A stretch of 61,392 nt of DNA, counting the filler, from Eubacteriales bacterium (GTDB lineage Bacteria > Bacillota > Clostridia > Oscillospirales > CAG-382): assembly GCA_045636665.1 (NCBI GenBank). It is 4 parts of 4 records of this genome, joined end to end, with 100 filler letters (N's around TTAATTAATTAA, not from the genome) between each part and the next. Parts side by side here need not be neighbours in the genome. Positions count along the whole stretch, not along the records: positions 1 to 19,123 come from JAZTXY010000119.1; positions 19,224 to 27,444 come from JAZTXY010000121.1; 2 more parts are not named here. The stretch is one strand, 5' to 3'. Within the stretch, counting starts at the first letter, position 1; every line of letters starts with the position of its first letter. Below are positions 10,034-20,289 of the stretch, in pieces. The notes under the pieces were generated by a model, which saw only the letters and a list, made by a program, of their open reading frames with translations, had not been told where the DNA came from and made no database searches. The position numbers were made by a program, and so were the translations under genes.

Positions 10034-12439
10034 TCATTTCTTTTTTGAATAGGGCTTTTTGACTACCATAAATACCAAGAATGCCAAGGTCGCCAACGCC
10101 GCAATAAAGCCGACAACGTTAACACTGCCCGACAACGCCATACCGAACTGATAAATCATAAGCGAAACGGCATAGGCGAAAACACATTGATAGCCGATGG
10201 CAAAGGCAGTCCATTTGGGCGAATTCATTTCGCGTCTTATAGCGCCCATTGCCGCAAAGCAGGGAGCGCAAAGAAGGTTAAACGAAAGGAAGGAATAACC
10301 TGCCAAGGCGCTCATACCCTCGAAATCGAGCACACCGAAAACGCCGACGACCTCTTCCTTTGCAAGAAGTCCCATAAGCGTTGCAATCGTCGCCTTGATG
10401 CTGTCAAAGCCCAAGGGCGCAAATATCCAAGAAATTGCGCTTCCGATATGACCGATAAGCGAATCGCCCAATTCCATATCGTTCGAAAAACCAAAGGAAT
10501 CACCGACAAAGCCGAGCTTCGAGCCGAGCCAGATGACGATGGTCGAAAGCAAAATAACCGTACCTGCTTTTTTGATAAACGAGCTTGCTCTTTCCCACAT
10601 CGAGCGCATCAACGCGCCGACGGTGGGCATATGATACGAGGGAAGCTCCATAACGAAGGGCGCAGGCTCGCCCGAAAACGCCTTTGTCTTTTTAAGCATA
10701 ATACCCGAAAGGATTATTGCCGCAATGCCCATAAAATAAGCACTCGGAGCAACCCACCAAGCGCCGCCGAACAGCGACGACGAGATAAGCGCAATAACGG
10801 GAAGCTTTGCACTGCAAGGGATAAAGGTGGTCGTGATGACCGTCATTCTGCGGTCGTTTTCATTTTCAACCGTACGCGATGCCATAATACCGGGTACACC
10901 GCATCCCGTACCGATAAGAATCGGAATAAAGGACTTGCCCGAAAGACCGAAGTTGCGGAAGATTCTGTCCATCATAAAGGCAATGCGCGACATATAACCG
11001 CACGCCTCGAGAAAAGCCAAGAAGATGAACAAAACGATAAGCTGGGGTACGAACCCAAGCACCGCACCAACGCCCGAAACGATACCGTCCTGAATCAACG
11101 AATAAAGCCATTCGGCAACAATCGGGTTACCGCCTTCGTCAAGCAGAAATTTATCGAACAAGGCAGGCACACCGATAACCCATGTTCCGTAATCGGCTGG
11201 GTTCGGCTCACCCTCGATGACCGCATCGACGGTCGTGGTAATATCAAAGCCCTCAAGCTTTAATTTTTCGCCGTATTCCGAATAAGCATCGCAAAACGCT
11301 TGATAATCCTTATCCTCAAAGGCGCCGAAAACTTCGTCTGCGCCCAAAACACCGCTATCGCTTGCGTTTTCAAGCTCTTGCTTCAATTCAACGTTTGAAA
11401 AAAGCATTTCGTTTGCATAGGAATCGACAGCCTCTTCATATTCGCCTGCCCCTGCAATATGCCAACCGTCACCGAAAAGACCGTCGTTCGTCCAATCGGT
11501 CACCCAAGCGCCGACGGTCGAAACCGATATGTAATAAACCAAGAACATTATGGTTGCAAATATAGGCAACGCAAGAAAACGGTTTGTAACGATTCTGTCT
11601 ATCTTGTCGGACGTCGAAAGCTTGTCGGTATTTTTTCTTTTTACGTATTTACGCACCGCGCGGGTGATGAATTCATATCTGTCGTTGATGATAATGCTTT
11701 CGGCATCGTCGTCAAGCTCTGCCTCACACGCCTTGATGTCCTCCTCGATATGCGCGATAGTTTCATCAGAAAGTCCCAACGAATCAAGCACCTTCGAATC
11801 GCGCTCGAAAAGCTTTATTGCATACCATCTCTGCTGCTCTGCGGGAAGGTTATGAACGGTTACCTCCTCGATATGAGCAAGCGCGTGCTCAACCGCACCC
11901 GAAAAGCAGTGCATCGGCAAATGCTTTTTGCTTTCAGCCGCCTTCAAGGTCGCCTCGATACACGCCTCAACGGCATCGTCGATGCCCTCCTCCTTAAGCG
12001 CCGAAATTTCAACGACCTTACAGCCAAGCGCCTTCGAAAGACCCTCAAAATCGATATAATCGCCCTTTTTACGCATTACGTCAGCCATATTAATCGCAAC
12101 GACTGTCGGAATGCCAAGGTCGATAAACTGTGTGGTAAGATAAAGATTGCGCTCAAGATTCGTGCCGTCAACAATATTAAGTATCGCATCGGGACGCTCG
12201 TCGACAAGATAATTTCTTGCAACGACCTCCTCAAGCGTATAAGGCGAAAGCGAGTAAACACCGGGAAGGTCGACAACGATAATACCGTCGCGGCCCTTCA
12301 TTTTTCCCTCTTTCTTTTCAACCGTAACACCGGGCCAGTTGCCAACGAATTGGTTCGAGCCCGTAAGCGCGTTAAAAAGCGTCGTTTTACCGCTGTTCGG
12401 GTTGCCGGCAAGCGCTATTCGTAATTCTTTATTTTCCAT
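10034..12439 (-). CDS. feoB: Ferrous iron transporter B
   Basis: GNPNSGKT, VGNWPGVTVE, DLPG and NMAD G-domain motifs; GCGVP and PCSAKLP gate motifs. Confidence 0.97.
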   Translation of the reverse strand: MENKELRIALAGNPNSGKTTLFNALTGSNQFVGNWPGVTVEKKEGKMKGRDGIIVVDLPGVYSLSPYTLEEVVARNYLVDERPDAILNIVDGTNLERNLYLTTQFIDLGIPTVVAINMADVMRKKGDYIDFEGLSKALGCKVVEISALKEEGIDDAVEACIEATLKAAESKKHLPMHCFSGAVEHALAHIEEVTVHNLPAEQQRWYAIKLFERDSKVLDSLGLSDETIAHIEEDIKACEAELDDDAESIIINDRYEFITRAVRKYVKRKNTDKLSTSDKIDRIVTNRFLALPIFATIMFLVYYISVSTVGAWVTDWTNDGLFGDGWHIAGAGEYEEAVDSYANEMLFSNVELKQELENASDSGVLGADEVFGAFEDKDYQAFCDAYSEYGEKLKLEGFDITTTVDAVIEGEPNPADYGTWVIGVPALFDKFLLDEGGNPIVAEWLYSLIQDGIVSGVGAVLGFVPQLIVLFIFLAFLEACGYMSRIAFMMDRIFRNFGLSGKSFIPILIGTGCGVPGIMASRTVENENDRRMTVITTTFIPCSAKLPVIALISSSLFGGAWWVAPSAYFMGIAAIILSGIMLKKTKAFSGEPAPFVMELPSYHMPTVGALMRSMWERASSFIKKAGTVILLSTIVIWLGSKLGFVGDSFGFSNDMELGDSLIGHIGSAISWIFAPLGFDSIKATIATLMGLLAKEEVVGVFGVLDFEGMSALAGYSFLSFNLLCAPCFAAMGAIRREMNSPKWTAFAIGYQCVFAYAVSLMIYQFGMALSGSVNVVGFIAALATLAFLVFMVVKKPYSKKK

Positions 12440-12461
12440 AATGATCAAGTTACCTTTCAGC

Positions 12462-12479
12462 GGTTAGTCTATGCTAACC
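12462..12479. promoter_or_regulatory. Palindromic operator (DtxR-family-like) between feoA and feoB
   Basis: GGTTAG-TCTATG-CTAACC; a second copy lies at 12761. Confidence 0.6.
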
Positions 12480-12521
12480 AAAATGCATAAAAACTTTGGG
12501 GCGCCTCCCCCAAAGGAAAAA

Positions 12522-12743
12522 TTATTCAATCTCAATAAGCTCGCAATCCGACTTACGAAGCGACAGCTCATAACCGCGCACGGTTACCTCAACAGGGTCG
12601 CCGAGAGGCGCTACCTTGCGGATATATACCTCAACACCCTTTGTGAGTCCCATATCCATAATTCTGCGTCTTAACGCGCCCTCTCCGTGAACGCGCACAA
12701 CGCGTACCGTATCTTTTATCTTTGCATCACGCAAGGTTCTCAT
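12522..12743 (-). CDS. feoA: Ferrous iron transport protein A
   Basis: RRIMDMGLTKG, APLGDPVEV.VRGYELSLRK. Confidence 0.95.
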   Translation of the reverse strand: MRTLRDAKIKDTVRVVRVHGEGALRRRIMDMGLTKGVEVYIRKVAPLGDPVEVTVRGYELSLRKSDCELIEIE

Positions 12744-12760
12744 AAGCATTTCTCCTTTAA

Positions 12761-12812
12761 GTTAGCCAATGCTAACCGACCTAATGATACGGCAAAATCA
12801 AGGCATTGTCAA
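12761..12812 (-). promoter_or_regulatory. sigmaA promoter of the feo-cop operon with a downstream palindromic operator
   Basis: Minus strand TTGACA(12812-12807)-17 nt-TATCAT(12789-12784); palindrome GTTAGC-CAAT-GCTAAC at 12761-12776. Confidence 0.75.
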
Positions 12813-13004
12813 TAGTTTTTTCGCCGTTTTCTTCATTTTGGTTGTTTTTCTGACGCAAAAGCTTGCCACAATTACCGCGTTTGTGAAAAATCGCCAAAAT
12901 TCCCTCCTCAGGTTATGCGAAAAACGAATTGACGAAAGTTTTATTATATGGTATATTAGTTGATGTATAGCTTTTCAAACAAGAAAGAAAAACGAGGTGC
13001 TTTT

Positions 13005-14897
13005 ATGAAAAGAATTCTCAAAATCTTACTCTTGACCCTTTTGACGTTGGCGATGCTCGCAAGCGCTATCCCCGCTGTGTCGGCAAAAACCTACGAAAAC
13101 ACAATCGAGGTCAAAATCAGCGGTATCGACACAAAAACCGATAACGGCTATTTCTTCGTTTACCCCAACAAAACCGATTCTGTTCGCAAAATCAAGGCGG
13201 ATGAATATAATTTCCGCAACGTGAGAATCTTCGTATTCGATAAAGACGGTATGTTGATCGAAGCCGGTGAAAATATGTTTGCAAACAGTGCCACCCAATC
13301 GGGCTCGATTCAGGAATATCTTTCCGTCCCCGCAGGCGGCTTTGCACTTGCCTTCAAAAGCGGCGGCTCGCCCGAATTGAACAGATGCTACACCGCGGTT
13401 ATCGAAAACGCAATGCTTTATAACTCCACGATTTCGGTAATCCAAGAGGTAAAGGGCAGCTATAACGATACCAACGTTACCATTGAATACGACACCCCAA
13501 AAAAATCCAAGGACGCAAAAAAATACCTCTTTATCGGCAACAGCGCAACCTATGTAAACGGCACACCCCTTAAATTCAAGGGTCTTGCGCTCGCCGCAGG
13601 TAAGGACGTCGACGTTGAATACGGCACCTTCGGCAGCTCCTTCCTTTCGGAATTTGCAGACGAAAACCACCAATACGGTATTTCGCTCCGCCAAAAGCTC
13701 CGTACCAAAAAATACGATTACGTTGTACTTCAAGACGCAGGCAGCTGTATTTATTACAACACCAAGCCCGCAGTTGAAAAAATCCTCCCCCTCATCGAAG
13801 CAAACGGCGCAGAAGCATTGCTTTATATGCGCTATTCGGCTTCAAGCACCGCCGAAGGACGTATCGAGGGCGGTAAACAGCACTTTGATAACTACAGCAA
13901 GATCGCCGAGGAATTTTCGCTCACCTATGCTCCCGCGGCACTCGCTTACCTCATCTGTACCGAAAAATATCCCGAAATCGACCTTTATTCCGACGATAAT
14001 TCCCACCACTCCAAGGAAGGCAGCTATCTTATCGCCTGCACAATGCTTATGGGCTATTTGGGCGTTGACCCCCGTGGCAACAGCTATGACGCACAGCTTG
14101 GCGATATAGCGGCAAAATTGCAGGAATGCGCATACATCGCCTGCACCGAAGGCTATTCCTTCGAGGAAGAAGCTCCGAAGGAAGATACCTTTACCGACAG
14201 CAAGGGCGACGTTTACCAAAACATCGCGGCAAAGAAGCCCTACACCGTAACCGGCGCGGTATATACCTCCGATAAATGGACCGATGCAGATGCAAGCGGC
14301 AAGCCGATAGGCAAGCTTACCGACGGTATGTATGCCGAAGACGGAAGCGATCCGTTGGTAGGCTGCTGGAAGAATGACGGTCACTCGGTTACCATCGACC
14401 TCGGAAGCATCTCGCAGGTACGCGCAATAAAGACCGATATGCACGGTAACGCAAGCTGGGGCATCACCGATCCTCAAGGCGCAACCGTAAGCGTTGCAAT
14501 TTCCAACGACGGCGTTAAGTTTACCGAAATCGGCAACGCAAAATCCAAAAAGCTCGCTAACAGCGGCGATTGGTCGAAGTATGATTTCACTCTCGAGCTC
14601 GGCGCACCCGTTATGGCAAAATACGTTCGCGTTACCTATAAAAACGGCACGTTCAACTGGGTAAGCGAAATCAGCGTTTACGGAACCGAAAGCGAAAATA
14701 ACGACACCGAATCCTCCACCCCCACCACCGATGAAAGCAAACCCGACGAAAGCACCGCAGAAAGCCAAGGAACCGAAAGCATCCCCTATGTAGAACACGA
14801 AAACAAGAGCATCGAATGGCTTTATTGGGTTATCGGCGGCGTAGTAGCAGCGGCAGTAATCGCAATTGCAATCGTTATCACAAAGAAAAAGAAATAA
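13005..14897 (+). CDS. Secreted SGNH/GDSL-like hydrolase (DUF4886-like) + discoidin/F5-8-like domain + C-terminal TM/KKKK anchor
   Basis: Signal peptide; LFIGNS, YDYVVLQD and DDNSHHS catalytic blocks; KLTDG...TIDLG...SNDGVKFTEIG...AKYVRV...EISVYG; terminus WLYWVIGG...KKKK. Confidence 0.8.
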   Translation: MKRILKILLLTLLTLAMLASAIPAVSAKTYENTIEVKISGIDTKTDNGYFFVYPNKTDSVRKIKADEYNFRNVRIFVFDKDGMLIEAGENMFANSATQSGSIQEYLSVPAGGFALAFKSGGSPELNRCYTAVIENAMLYNSTISVIQEVKGSYNDTNVTIEYDTPKKSKDAKKYLFIGNSATYVNGTPLKFKGLALAAGKDVDVEYGTFGSSFLSEFADENHQYGISLRQKLRTKKYDYVVLQDAGSCIYYNTKPAVEKILPLIEANGAEALLYMRYSASSTAEGRIEGGKQHFDNYSKIAEEFSLTYAPAALAYLICTEKYPEIDLYSDDNSHHSKEGSYLIACTMLMGYLGVDPRGNSYDAQLGDIAAKLQECAYIACTEGYSFEEEAPKEDTFTDSKGDVYQNIAAKKPYTVTGAVYTSDKWTDADASGKPIGKLTDGMYAEDGSDPLVGCWKNDGHSVTIDLGSISQVRAIKTDMHGNASWGITDPQGATVSVAISNDGVKFTEIGNAKSKKLANSGDWSKYDFTLELGAPVMAKYVRVTYKNGTFNWVSEISVYGTESENNDTESSTPTTDESKPDESTAESQGTESIPYVEHENKSIEWLYWVIGGVVAAAVIAIAIVITKKKK

Positions 14898-14909
14898 AGG
14901 AGAATTGTC

Positions 14910-16715
14910 TTGAAAAACGCACTTAAAAAAGTATTCATCTGCATTTTATGTCTGTCAACCCTGCTTTCCACCGTTCCTGCGCTCGTCAGCGCCGCAAACG
15001 ATTATTGGGGCTTTGACGATTACGAGAATTTCAAAAATCCCGATTGCGATGAGCTTACCTCCCACCCCACGACAGTTACCAAATCGGGTAACGAATACAG
15101 CTTTGTAAGCGAAAGCGAAGCAGGTAAGACCACCATCACCATGAAGGAAATGAATTGGGGTACCTATAACCTTCAAAAATGGTATCTTGTCGATAAAAAC
15201 AACAAGACTCACACCTTTGTAAGCGGCGGTACCGACCTTGAATACGTTTACCGCGTTGCTCAATCCAAGGGCGGCACAAACGTATGGTCGGGCGGTAACC
15301 ACGGCAACGAAGCTCTCGTTTCGTTTGAAATGTACAACGGCGAAACGGGCGAAAAGCTTGACTTCTCCAAAAAAAGCTCCTACACCGTAAACAAGCTTCA
15401 CATCATCGAAAAAACAAAGCTTTTGTGGTTCCCCGATGCAAACAGCGACAGCATCGGCGATTACAACAACAAAAATATGACCTATACCGACGATAAGGTT
15501 TATGCCGAAGCGACCCGTAAATACACGATTATCGGCGCTCAGGTCAAGCTTAACGTCGACTATAAATACCTCAAGGATACCTATTACGGCGTTTCCTATA
15601 CCTGTATGCTTCCCATCGCGAAGACCTACGGACTTTATGCCGATATGATCAACGCCGAGGGTAAGATAGTAAAAACCGTTCACACCGCAGAAGTCGGCAA
15701 GGCGGATTATTCGGGCTCGATGAACAGCGGTAACAAGGCGACCAGAGCAATCATTTACGGCAAAAACAATTCGCAATATCAATTCGACGTGTTCATCAAC
15801 ACTCCCCAAGCATCGCTCGAAGGCCAAAAGAATTCCTTCCTCACCGCATTTTGGGATATGAACACCACCCAAAACAAGCTTTATTTCTCGAAGGGCGATA
15901 ACAACAGCTATTCGAAATATACCGCAGGAAGCGAATGCCACACCGAATGTGTTTGGGCGTTCAGATACGATCCTAACGGCAGAAAGCCTCAAGAGGAGGT
16001 TATTCCCGATAGCGACAAGCCCCAAAGCAACCTTGCAAGCAACAAGAAATATGAAATTTCGGTAACCGATAAAAACCCCGGCTCGCCGCAATACAACACC
16101 TCTTATCTTGCAAATCTTACCGACGGCGTTGCAAGCAAAACCTTCAACGCAAGCGATGACAGCTGGTTTGCATTCTCGGCTTACCTCCCCAACGTCGAAA
16201 GCGGCAAGGGCACCATTACCGTTGACCTCGGCGAAGTAAGTGAAGTAAGCAAGCTTCGCGCGCATTTGTTCAACAACGTTGCGGGTATGGGCGTAAAAGC
16301 ACCCAAGAGCGCTTGCGCTTATGCGCTCGTTAACGGCAAATACGAAAAGATTTGCGATTTCACCAACATCTCGACATCCGATGTCACCGCTTATTGGATT
16401 TCGGCGGAATTTGATGCAGTCAAGACCGATAAAATCAAGTTTGAATTCACTCTTGACGGCGGATTTATGTATCTTAACGAGGTTGAAGTACACGGCAAAG
16501 CTGCCGAAGACGAACAAATTCGCCTTGGTGACGTAAACGGCGACGGCGAAGTCGATAAATACGACTATATCGCTCTCAAGCGCGCAGTTATGGGCACCTT
16601 GACCCTTACCGACGCACAGCAAAAGGCTGCCGACGTAAACGGCAAGGACGGCGTTGAAAAGTACGACTACATCCTTATCAAGCGCCACGTTATGGGTACC
16701 TACAAAATCGCATAA
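14910..16715 (+). CDS. Secreted protein: unknown N-terminal domain + discoidin-like domain + C-terminal dockerin
   Basis: AAGGAG RBS with TTG start, signal peptide, NLTDG..TVDLG..EVEVHG, and duplicated Ca-binding loops DVNGDGEVDKYDYIALKR / DVNGKDGVEKYDYILIKR. Confidence 0.85.
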   Translation: MKNALKKVFICILCLSTLLSTVPALVSAANDYWGFDDYENFKNPDCDELTSHPTTVTKSGNEYSFVSESEAGKTTITMKEMNWGTYNLQKWYLVDKNNKTHTFVSGGTDLEYVYRVAQSKGGTNVWSGGNHGNEALVSFEMYNGETGEKLDFSKKSSYTVNKLHIIEKTKLLWFPDANSDSIGDYNNKNMTYTDDKVYAEATRKYTIIGAQVKLNVDYKYLKDTYYGVSYTCMLPIAKTYGLYADMINAEGKIVKTVHTAEVGKADYSGSMNSGNKATRAIIYGKNNSQYQFDVFINTPQASLEGQKNSFLTAFWDMNTTQNKLYFSKGDNNSYSKYTAGSECHTECVWAFRYDPNGRKPQEEVIPDSDKPQSNLASNKKYEISVTDKNPGSPQYNTSYLANLTDGVASKTFNASDDSWFAFSAYLPNVESGKGTITVDLGEVSEVSKLRAHLFNNVAGMGVKAPKSACAYALVNGKYEKICDFTNISTSDVTAYWISAEFDAVKTDKIKFEFTLDGGFMYLNEVEVHGKAAEDEQIRLGDVNGDGEVDKYDYIALKRAVMGTLTLTDAQQKAADVNGKDGVEKYDYILIKRHVMGTYKIA

Positions 16716-16733
16716 CCAAATCAGCTTGGAAGT

Positions 16734-16766
16734 GGGAAGGAAAAAAATTTTCCTTCCCCTTTTTTT
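16734..16766 (+). terminator. Intrinsic terminator
   Basis: GGGAAGGAAAA...TTTTCCTTCCC followed by a T run. Confidence 0.7.
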
Positions 16767-16837
16767 GGTTTGCCGATTGACAACATTAACATAATGATGT
16801 ATAATTTAAGCAATAATTATATACTAAGGAGACTGTT

Positions 16838-19123
16838 ATGAAGAAATCGCTCAAAAGAATTCTTTCACTTGCGTTAATGACAGCGATGCTCGCAACTGCG
16901 ACAATCGTTGCTATTCCCGCAAGCGCAAAGGATTATGACAACAATTTCACCTTTACCATCAACGGAACCGACTGTTCCACTTCAGGCAAAAACATAGTTC
17001 TCTACCCCAACAATACCGATTCGGTACGCAAAATCAACGCGAACGAATACTATTTCCGATACAGCAGAGTAATGGTATTCGATAAAGACGGCCGTCTTAT
17101 CGAAGCGGGCGAAAATATGTTTGCAAACAGCCCGAGCGTTACAGGCTCTGCTCAGGAGCACGTCAACGTACCTGCAGGCGGCTTTGCAATCGCATTCAGC
17201 GCCTCGGTATCCAACCTCAGCAAGGCATACAGCGCCGCTATGGAAGGCGCCGTTATTTACAACGCTACCATTTCGGTTATTCACGAAGTAATCGGCAGCT
17301 ACGACGGCAACACCCTTACCATCAAATACAACAACCCCGTTAAATCCGCTACCGCAAAGAAATTCCTTTTCGTCGGTAACAGCTCGACCTATTTCAACGG
17401 CACTCCCCTCAAGTTCAAGGGTCTTGCTTTGTCCGCAGGTGTCGACGTTGACGTCGTTTACTGCACCAACGGCAGCTCCTTCCTTTATCAATACGCAAAC
17501 GAATCCCACGATTACGGCAAAGCATTGCGCGATAAATTAAAGAACAACAAATTCGATTACGTAGTTCTTCAGGACGGCGGTACTGCCGATTATTCCGACA
17601 GTAAGCCTGCAGTATCGGTTCTTCAGCCCCTTATCGAAGAAAGCGGCGCAGAAGCATTGCTTTATATGCGCTATTCCTCCAACTCGGTTCCCGCAAACCG
17701 TTTTGAAAGCGCAAAGAAGCACTATATCAACTACACCCGCCTTTCCCTCGAGCACGGCTTGACCTGCGCTCCCGCGGCAAGTGCATTCCTTATCTGTACC
17801 GATAAATATCCCGAAATCAACCTTTATGCCGACGATAACTCCCACCACTCCAAGGAAGGTAGCTATCTTATCGCCTGCGTAATGCTTATGTCCTATTTGG
17901 GCGTTGACCCCGTTGGCGTTGAATATGACGCTCAGCTCGGAAGCGACGTTGCAAAGAAGCTTCAGGAATGTGCAAAGCAAGCATGTGTTGAAGGCTATGA
18001 TTACGGCGTTTCCGAAGACGAACTCGCTCCCTCCGAAAACGGTTATTACGTTGACGGCACCAAATACGACAGCGTAACCGTTAACAAGCCTTATACCTCC
18101 GACGGCGGTATTTATACCGACGATCAGGGCAGATGGAACGAACACGATGCAAACGGCAACATCATCGGTAAATACACCGACGGTCTTTTTGCGGATTTCA
18201 ACGGCGCAAGCAACGCAATCGGATGTCACAAGGGCGCAGAGGTCAACATCGATATCGACCTTCAGGGAACCTACGATATCAAGGCGTTCAAGACTCAGCT
18301 CTTCGGCAGACCCGGTTGGGGTATCCCCGATCCGCTCGATCCCGAAAAGAATATCTACGTTGAATTCTCCTATTCCAAAGACGGAAAGAGCTACACCTCG
18401 CTCGGCAAAGCGAAAGCAACCGCTTCCATCGCTGATGAGGGATGGACAAAATGCGTTTACACCCTCCTTCCCGATACCAAGGTTGAAGCAAAATATATCC
18501 GCGCAACCGTATATAACGCAAACTTTGTTTGGTGCGACGAAATCAGCGCATACGGCGTTGACGCATCGAACATCGCGCTCGATAAGGAATATACCCTTTC
18601 CGGCGTAGGCGAAAGAAACGGCTCCTACCGTGCAAAGCTTACCGACGGTGTTGCAGGCGACAAGCTCACCTACGACAAGGATGAAGCAAGCACTTGGTTC
18701 GGCTTCTACAACAATAATGACGCTCCCGATACAAACGCGCCCGGCAAGCTCGGTACCGTTACCTTTGATTTTGAAAAGCTTCACTCGATCAGAAAGGTTA
18801 AGGTACACACCTTATTCGGCGATACGTCGGGTATCAAATCTCCGCAATATATCAGCGTTGAGGTTTCGGATGACGGAAAAACCTTTACCGAGGTAGCAAA
18901 GCAAACCTACACCCCGTCCTCGACAACCGACATTAAATGGGCAGACCTCACTCTTGAAAAGCCCGCAACAGGCAGATACGTTCGTATTTGCGTTAAGCTC
19001 GACGGAACCTTTGCATTCATCAATGAAATCGAAGTTTACGGCGACCCTCAGGAAGCAGGCAACGATGATGATGACGATGACGATATCCGCCTCGGCGACG
19101 TAAACGGCGACAGCGAAGTAGAT
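16838..19123 (+). CDS. SGNH-like hydrolase + two discoidin-like domains + dockerin (truncated at contig end); paralogue of 13005-14897
   Basis: FLFVGNS and DDNSHHS motifs, two TDG...EI..YG modules, ends IRLGDVNGDSEVD at the N gap. Confidence 0.82.
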
Positions 19124-19223
19124 NNNNNNNNNNNNNNNNNNNNNNNNNNNNNNNNNNNNNNNNNNNNTTAATTAATTAANNNNNNNNNNNNNNNNNNNNN
19201 NNNNNNNNNNNNNNNNNNNNNNN
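19124..19223. other. Artificial contig linker
   Basis: 100 nt of N with a central TTAATTAATTAA (stops in all six frames). Confidence 0.97.
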
Positions 19224-19252
19224 CTATATATAATTGTTTTCGAGGTGATGAT

Positions 19253-19678
19253 ATGAGCAGGCTTGAATTATTCAAATCAAACGGGCTTTTGCTTCGCAAC
19301 GCAAGTAATATACTAAAATATAACGAAACAAGTAAAAATTACGGACTTGTGCTTACGCAAAAGCAAGCGTTAATGCTCGCAAACGTGCGCGCCGACGAGC
19401 TTAGATACCACGGCAGACTCGAATTCGGCGAGGGTATTTTCGGCAAGCTTATCGAAGCCTTTTGCGATTCGCCTTATATCACACAGCAAAGCTATTGCGA
19501 AACGCTGTGCGCGTTGACCGAAATATTTTATTATTACAAAAACGAAACCGAAGAATATTTAAGCGATGCCGAGCTGATAGACTGTATGAAACGATATTTC
19601 AACGGAAGCTGTAAAGGCTCGATCGAACTGCTTTCCACGCGCGAAATGGAAGAGCTTGCGAGGAATTTAAAGAGATGA
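19253..19678 (+). CDS. Conserved clostridial hypothetical protein (DUF6323-like)
   Basis: GAGGTG RBS; YGLVLT, GRLEFGEG, FCDSPYI and FYYYKNE motifs recalled from this family. Confidence 0.7.
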   Translation: MSRLELFKSNGLLLRNASNILKYNETSKNYGLVLTQKQALMLANVRADELRYHGRLEFGEGIFGKLIEAFCDSPYITQQSYCETLCALTEIFYYYKNETEEYLSDAELIDCMKRYFNGSCKGSIELLSTREMEELARNLKR

Positions 19679-20274
19679 ATATTGAAAAATTTACCCTTAT
19701 CAAACGACAAGAGCTTGATGAAAGCGCATATTTAGAGAGCGTGTTAGAAAAAGCACTTGAGCTAAAGCTTATAACCGATAACGATATAGAAGCTATTCAA
19801 GACGAATGCCTAAAGCTTCTCGCGCATAATCTCCGCCGCACTTACGGCGATATAAGCGATTCCGTTTCCGAAGAACGCGCAAAAGCTATGATGGATTCGA
19901 TAATATATACGCTCGGTGTGGGATTAAAGACCTTTGTTTATCCCGACGAAGCATTGGATTTTCTTTTAAAAAACGGCGCCGATACCCTTTATTTACGCGG
20001 TATTAAAAGAATCAACGAAATGATTTCGGGTATCAAGGAAATGCTTGACATTCTGCAAAATACACTTCCGCCAAACGCGGACGTTAAACTTATCTACACG
20101 GTTACAAAAATACTTCCGACGTTTTTAAAAAAATACAATCCCGAAATCGCGGCTCACGAACGTGTTGTTTTGCCAATCTATCCCGTTGATTTTAATTTTG
20201 AAAAATATAACGGAATCGAATATATTTTCGCATATACGGCATCTCTTTTAAGGAAAACAGAAAAGCAGGCATAA
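19675..20274 (+). CDS. Hypothetical protein (DUF6179-like, short form), coupled to the upstream gene
   Basis: ATGA overlap; SV.EE.A...SI.YT and F.KKY.P..AAHE.....YP...GIEYI motifs. Confidence 0.65.
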   Translation: MNIEKFTLIKRQELDESAYLESVLEKALELKLITDNDIEAIQDECLKLLAHNLRRTYGDISDSVSEERAKAMMDSIIYTLGVGLKTFVYPDEALDFLLKNGADTLYLRGIKRINEMISGIKEMLDILQNTLPPNADVKLIYTVTKILPTFLKKYNPEIAAHERVVLPIYPVDFNFEKYNGIEYIFAYTASLLRKTEKQA

Positions 20275-20284
20275 GCCTGCTTTT
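20262..20284. terminator. Bidirectional terminator
   Basis: AAAGCAGGC-ATAA-GCCTGCTTTT. Confidence 0.75.
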
Positions 20285-20289
20285 GTGTC

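Noticed and set aside
19124..19223. TTAATTAATTAA palindrome repeated three times within N runs (also 27445 and 59522)
   Set aside because: Artificial all-frame-stop contig spacer, not biological; gene adjacency across it is uninformative
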